Source: Podarcis gaigeae (taxonomy: Eukaryota). From it: a stretch of 64,000 nucleotides of DNA. This document shows positions 63,201 to 64,000 of the stretch, piece after piece (the stretch's first letter is position 1; each line of letters begins with the position of its first letter). The translations under genes and the position numbers were made by a program. The notes under the pieces were generated by a model. That model did not search any database and was not told the DNA's origin. It saw only the letters and a list, made by a program, of their open reading frames with translations. The stretch lies in NCBI GenBank assembly GCA_964106915.2, contig OZ066921.1; one strand, 5' to 3'.

Positions 63201-63683
63201 AGAGACAGTGTTGATGCCAGAAAGATAGTGACTAAATTTCTGTGCAGTCATACAGAACAAAGTTCAGAGCCTTCTAAACCTAGGTAATAGCCATTTTGTT
63301 AGGAAGTCACAGACCATGCTGCCTGCCTCCCACCGAACACAACAGCAGCTGTGTAAGGAAGCACTCAAGGTGAGAGCAAGATGTAACAACATCTGCAGTG
63401 TCGGGAAGATTTGCTCTCTCAGGACTTGTGGATGGCATTTGTGGGAAGTCTCCTTACCTGCAGAGTAGGCGGCCCTCAAACTCTCCCACTTCCTGAGGAC
63501 AGAATTTCACCTGGAGGGTCTGGGAGGTCTTAGGAAGGATGGTACCACATTTGGGCTCCATGAAGAAGGGGGTTCCAGTGGCTGCTGGGGACACGTAGGA
63601 AGAAAGGCTGTCCACCATACTCTCAAAATGACTGAACCGTCGGCTGGACCCGGTCTTGATGGAAGCAACAGATGGAACTTCCG
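41015..63683 (-). CDS. HYDIN: HYDIN (axonemal central-pair protein), last 18 coding exons; 5' part lies outside the window
   Basis: 18 phase-consistent exons (3821 nt) ending ...GVSWVYYLKGITPEK*; matches the recalled vertebrate HYDIN C-terminus; HYDIN-VAC14 adjacency as in mammals. Confidence 0.97.
43117..43341 (-). CDS. HYDIN: HYDIN exon (last-1)
   Basis: GVLVFEFQPMRPGE...FVNYTRQKTEYTTK; 225 nt. Confidence 0.95.
43680..43880 (+). mobile_element. MIR-like / L2-tailed SINE
   Basis: tRNA-like head tggcatagtggttaaaagtgtcagactagga and core ggccttgggtcactcac...ctcagtctaacatacctca; partial copies at about 42630-42760 and 48465-48625. Confidence 0.7.
44748..44978 (-). CDS. HYDIN: HYDIN exon (last-2)
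   Basis: VTFRNETTQEFLFY...PPQFIVPAQSE; 231 nt. Confidence 0.95.
45552..45857 (+). mobile_element. L2 LINE 3' fragment with (TTA)n tail
   Basis: EAKLQGTRQRAFSVIAPALWNALPPDVKE, followed by the 3' UTR and a long TTA run. Confidence 0.85.
46108..46258 (-). CDS. HYDIN: HYDIN exon (last-3)
   Basis: FRVTVDMLKPERLE...FFSYREGMYSAK; 151 nt. Confidence 0.95.
46417..46569. mobile_element. Penelope-like inverted insertion with 13-bp TSD and a captured 70-bp local sequence
   Basis: TSD aactgtcttctgt at 46404-46416 and 46570-46582; Penelope-type terminal pieces in opposite orientations; internal 70 bp identical to 45412-45481. Confidence 0.75.
47892..48055 (-). CDS. HYDIN: HYDIN exon (last-4)
   Basis: GSIFFPLPDGTGLLYLLQG...ELLPISNWLNKPQ(R); 164 nt. 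Confidence 0.95.
48838..49050 (-). CDS. HYDIN: HYDIN exon (last-5)
   Basis: VVNFTCQVRAKHTQTIMLSN...MNSDNKKDQ; 213 nt. Confidence 0.95.
49721..49836. mobile_element. hAT-type palindromic MITE with truncated left end
   Basis: Near-perfect hairpin; right end gtttgcctatgcctg; 8-bp direct repeat agctatgc on both sides. Confidence 0.8.
50222..50441 (-). CDS. HYDIN: HYDIN exon (last-6)
   Basis: FKWDAKRFKPDFSIRPVEGYISPG...CVGVPQVKE; 220 nt. Confidence 0.94.
51139..51419 (-). CDS. HYDIN: HYDIN exon (last-7)
   Basis: VLSMTPCNEITLKPKE...RRIMMQNTGDIGV(G); 281 nt. Confidence 0.94.
51640..51972. mobile_element. Young non-autonomous hAT (Charlie-like) transposon
   Basis: Perfect 15-bp TIR caggggtctgcaacc; perfect 8-bp TSD gaatagac; CpG-rich interior. 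Confidence 0.92.
52350..52476 (+). mobile_element. Old Penelope-like terminal fragment
   Basis: ctaatgaagaggactgtagttcac...aataaatgtgtcagtctt...ctagcatggctacccctctggaa resembles the recalled reptile Penelope pseudo-LTR. Confidence 0.6.
53604..53762 (-). CDS. HYDIN: HYDIN exon (last-8)
   Basis: IEVTEPHNKVLKFGAVPPG...SASELQEQK; 159 nt. Confidence 0.94.
54771..54969 (-). CDS. HYDIN: HYDIN exon (last-9)
   Basis: LECLFTNTAYLEV...EIPITFYPREAISY...FGKGIEMK; 199 nt. Confidence 0.94.
56510..56679 (-). CDS. HYDIN: HYDIN exon (last-10)
   Basis: ISHGPTFTCLLEGSAVNPSIHFS...LTVTNKDAKDA(S); 170 nt. Confidence 0.94.
56898..57119 (-). CDS. HYDIN: HYDIN exon (last-11)
   Basis: MQVSDYAQCHFYILNTGKFNFNF...LKDVELKLQ; 222 nt. 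Confidence 0.93.
57245..58330 (-). mobile_element. L2 LINE ORF2 (reverse transcriptase) fragment, frameshifted
   Basis: VKAAKKAYF...TTCTLDPCSSWLIK and LDPFQSRFRPDFGTET...LLIILDLSAAFDTIDHGILL motifs. Confidence 0.9.
58603..58810 (-). CDS. HYDIN: HYDIN exon (last-12)
   Basis: LPISILFMPNLEGEVNFNLICDV...PHRISFQE; 208 nt. Confidence 0.94.
59205..59352 (-). CDS. HYDIN: HYDIN exon (last-13)
   Basis: HEARESIDIINNENETYNFSF...PMEGSIPPHS(R); 148 nt. Confidence 0.93.
59565..59700 (+). mobile_element. L2 3' UTR remnant with (TTA)n tail
   Basis: tgtttagggaagcttttaatgttt...ttggaagccacccagagtgg matches 45700-45770. Confidence 0.75.
59956..60121 (-). CDS. HYDIN: HYDIN exon (last-14)
   Basis: VIFEFIPQHLDTTESFWTFLIPEHN...HLNFRSLLI(G); 166 nt. 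Confidence 0.94.
60233..60274. repeat. (CA)n microsatellite
   Basis: Read directly from the sequence. Confidence 0.95.
61109..61244 (-). CDS. HYDIN: HYDIN exon (last-15)
   Basis: SFAIMNPTNATYSFQW...LRPEKKVE; 136 nt. Confidence 0.94.
62376..62588 (-). CDS. HYDIN: HYDIN exon (last-16)
   Basis: ISNLKPDEEGPVVAVKAKSLLPYCHFELEDSNY...IEFTSIGVYVRNT(R); 213 nt. Confidence 0.94.
62664..62748 (+). mobile_element. 5'-truncated BovB/RTE LINE 3' end with 15-bp TSD
   Basis: gcctggcgtgctctggtccatggggtcacgaagagtcggacacgactaaacgactaaacaacaacaac; TSD accccacacatggca at 62649-62663 and 62749-62763. Confidence 0.9.
63458..63683 (-). CDS. HYDIN: HYDIN exon (last-17); acceptor position uncertain
   Basis: ...PFFMEPKCGTILPKTSQTLQVKFCPQEVGEFEGRLLC; donor GTAAGG is firm; best acceptor is ttcttccttcaactcag at 63683. 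Confidence 0.82.
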
Positions 63684-64000
63684 CTGAGTTGAAGGAAGAA
63701 TTTGCTGAGACAACTGCTTCTCCTCAATGCATTATTCAAAGCAGCATTTTGTGACCTTCCATTTATTTTCCACACCTGGATGTTATGGCTTGTTATGAAC
63801 TCATCTACCAGGGCAAACATCTCTGGAACTTGGTGTGCAAGTTTGCCCTGGCCAGTGTCCTTCATGCTCCAGAGAATGTTATGGGGAAGAGGTGATGGCA
63901 ACAGCAAGCACTTGAGACATAGAGCAAAAATGCCACGTTTAGGGTTGGCCTGGAAGCTGCAGCTTGGACAGAAGCAGTGAAATGGCATAACTGAGTGGAG

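Noticed and set aside
1-64000. Prokaryote-type systems (CRISPR, defence islands, operons) or endogenous viral genes
   Set aside because: The window is spliced vertebrate DNA; I found no repeat-spacer array and no long unexplained ORF.

Overview
Eukaryotic (vertebrate) genomic DNA, most likely from a squamate and probably a lacertid lizard (inferred from Sauria-SINE, Squam3-like SINE, BovB, CR1, L2 and Penelope repeats). Two minus-strand genes lie in tandem. The last 18 exons of HYDIN run from 63683 to the stop at 41015 (3821 nt, frame intact). About 2 kb further on lie the CpG-island promoter and coding exons 1-14 of VAC14 (ATG at 38911, exon 14 ends at 2453, 1667 nt); the gene continues beyond position 1. 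All exon boundaries were read from the sequence and their phases are consistent. I see no convincing new multi-gene system. The most notable observations are: a 153-bp Penelope-type insertion with a 13-bp target-site duplication (TSD) that carries an exact 70-bp copy of DNA from 1 kb away; a U12-type intron and a GC-AG intron in VAC14; paired inverted CLEAR/E-boxes with a YY1/TISU-like mini-uORF at the VAC14 promoter; and several young transposon insertions with intact TSDs. Gene and repeat family names come from recall, not database searches. There is a 160-N assembly gap at 3669-3828.
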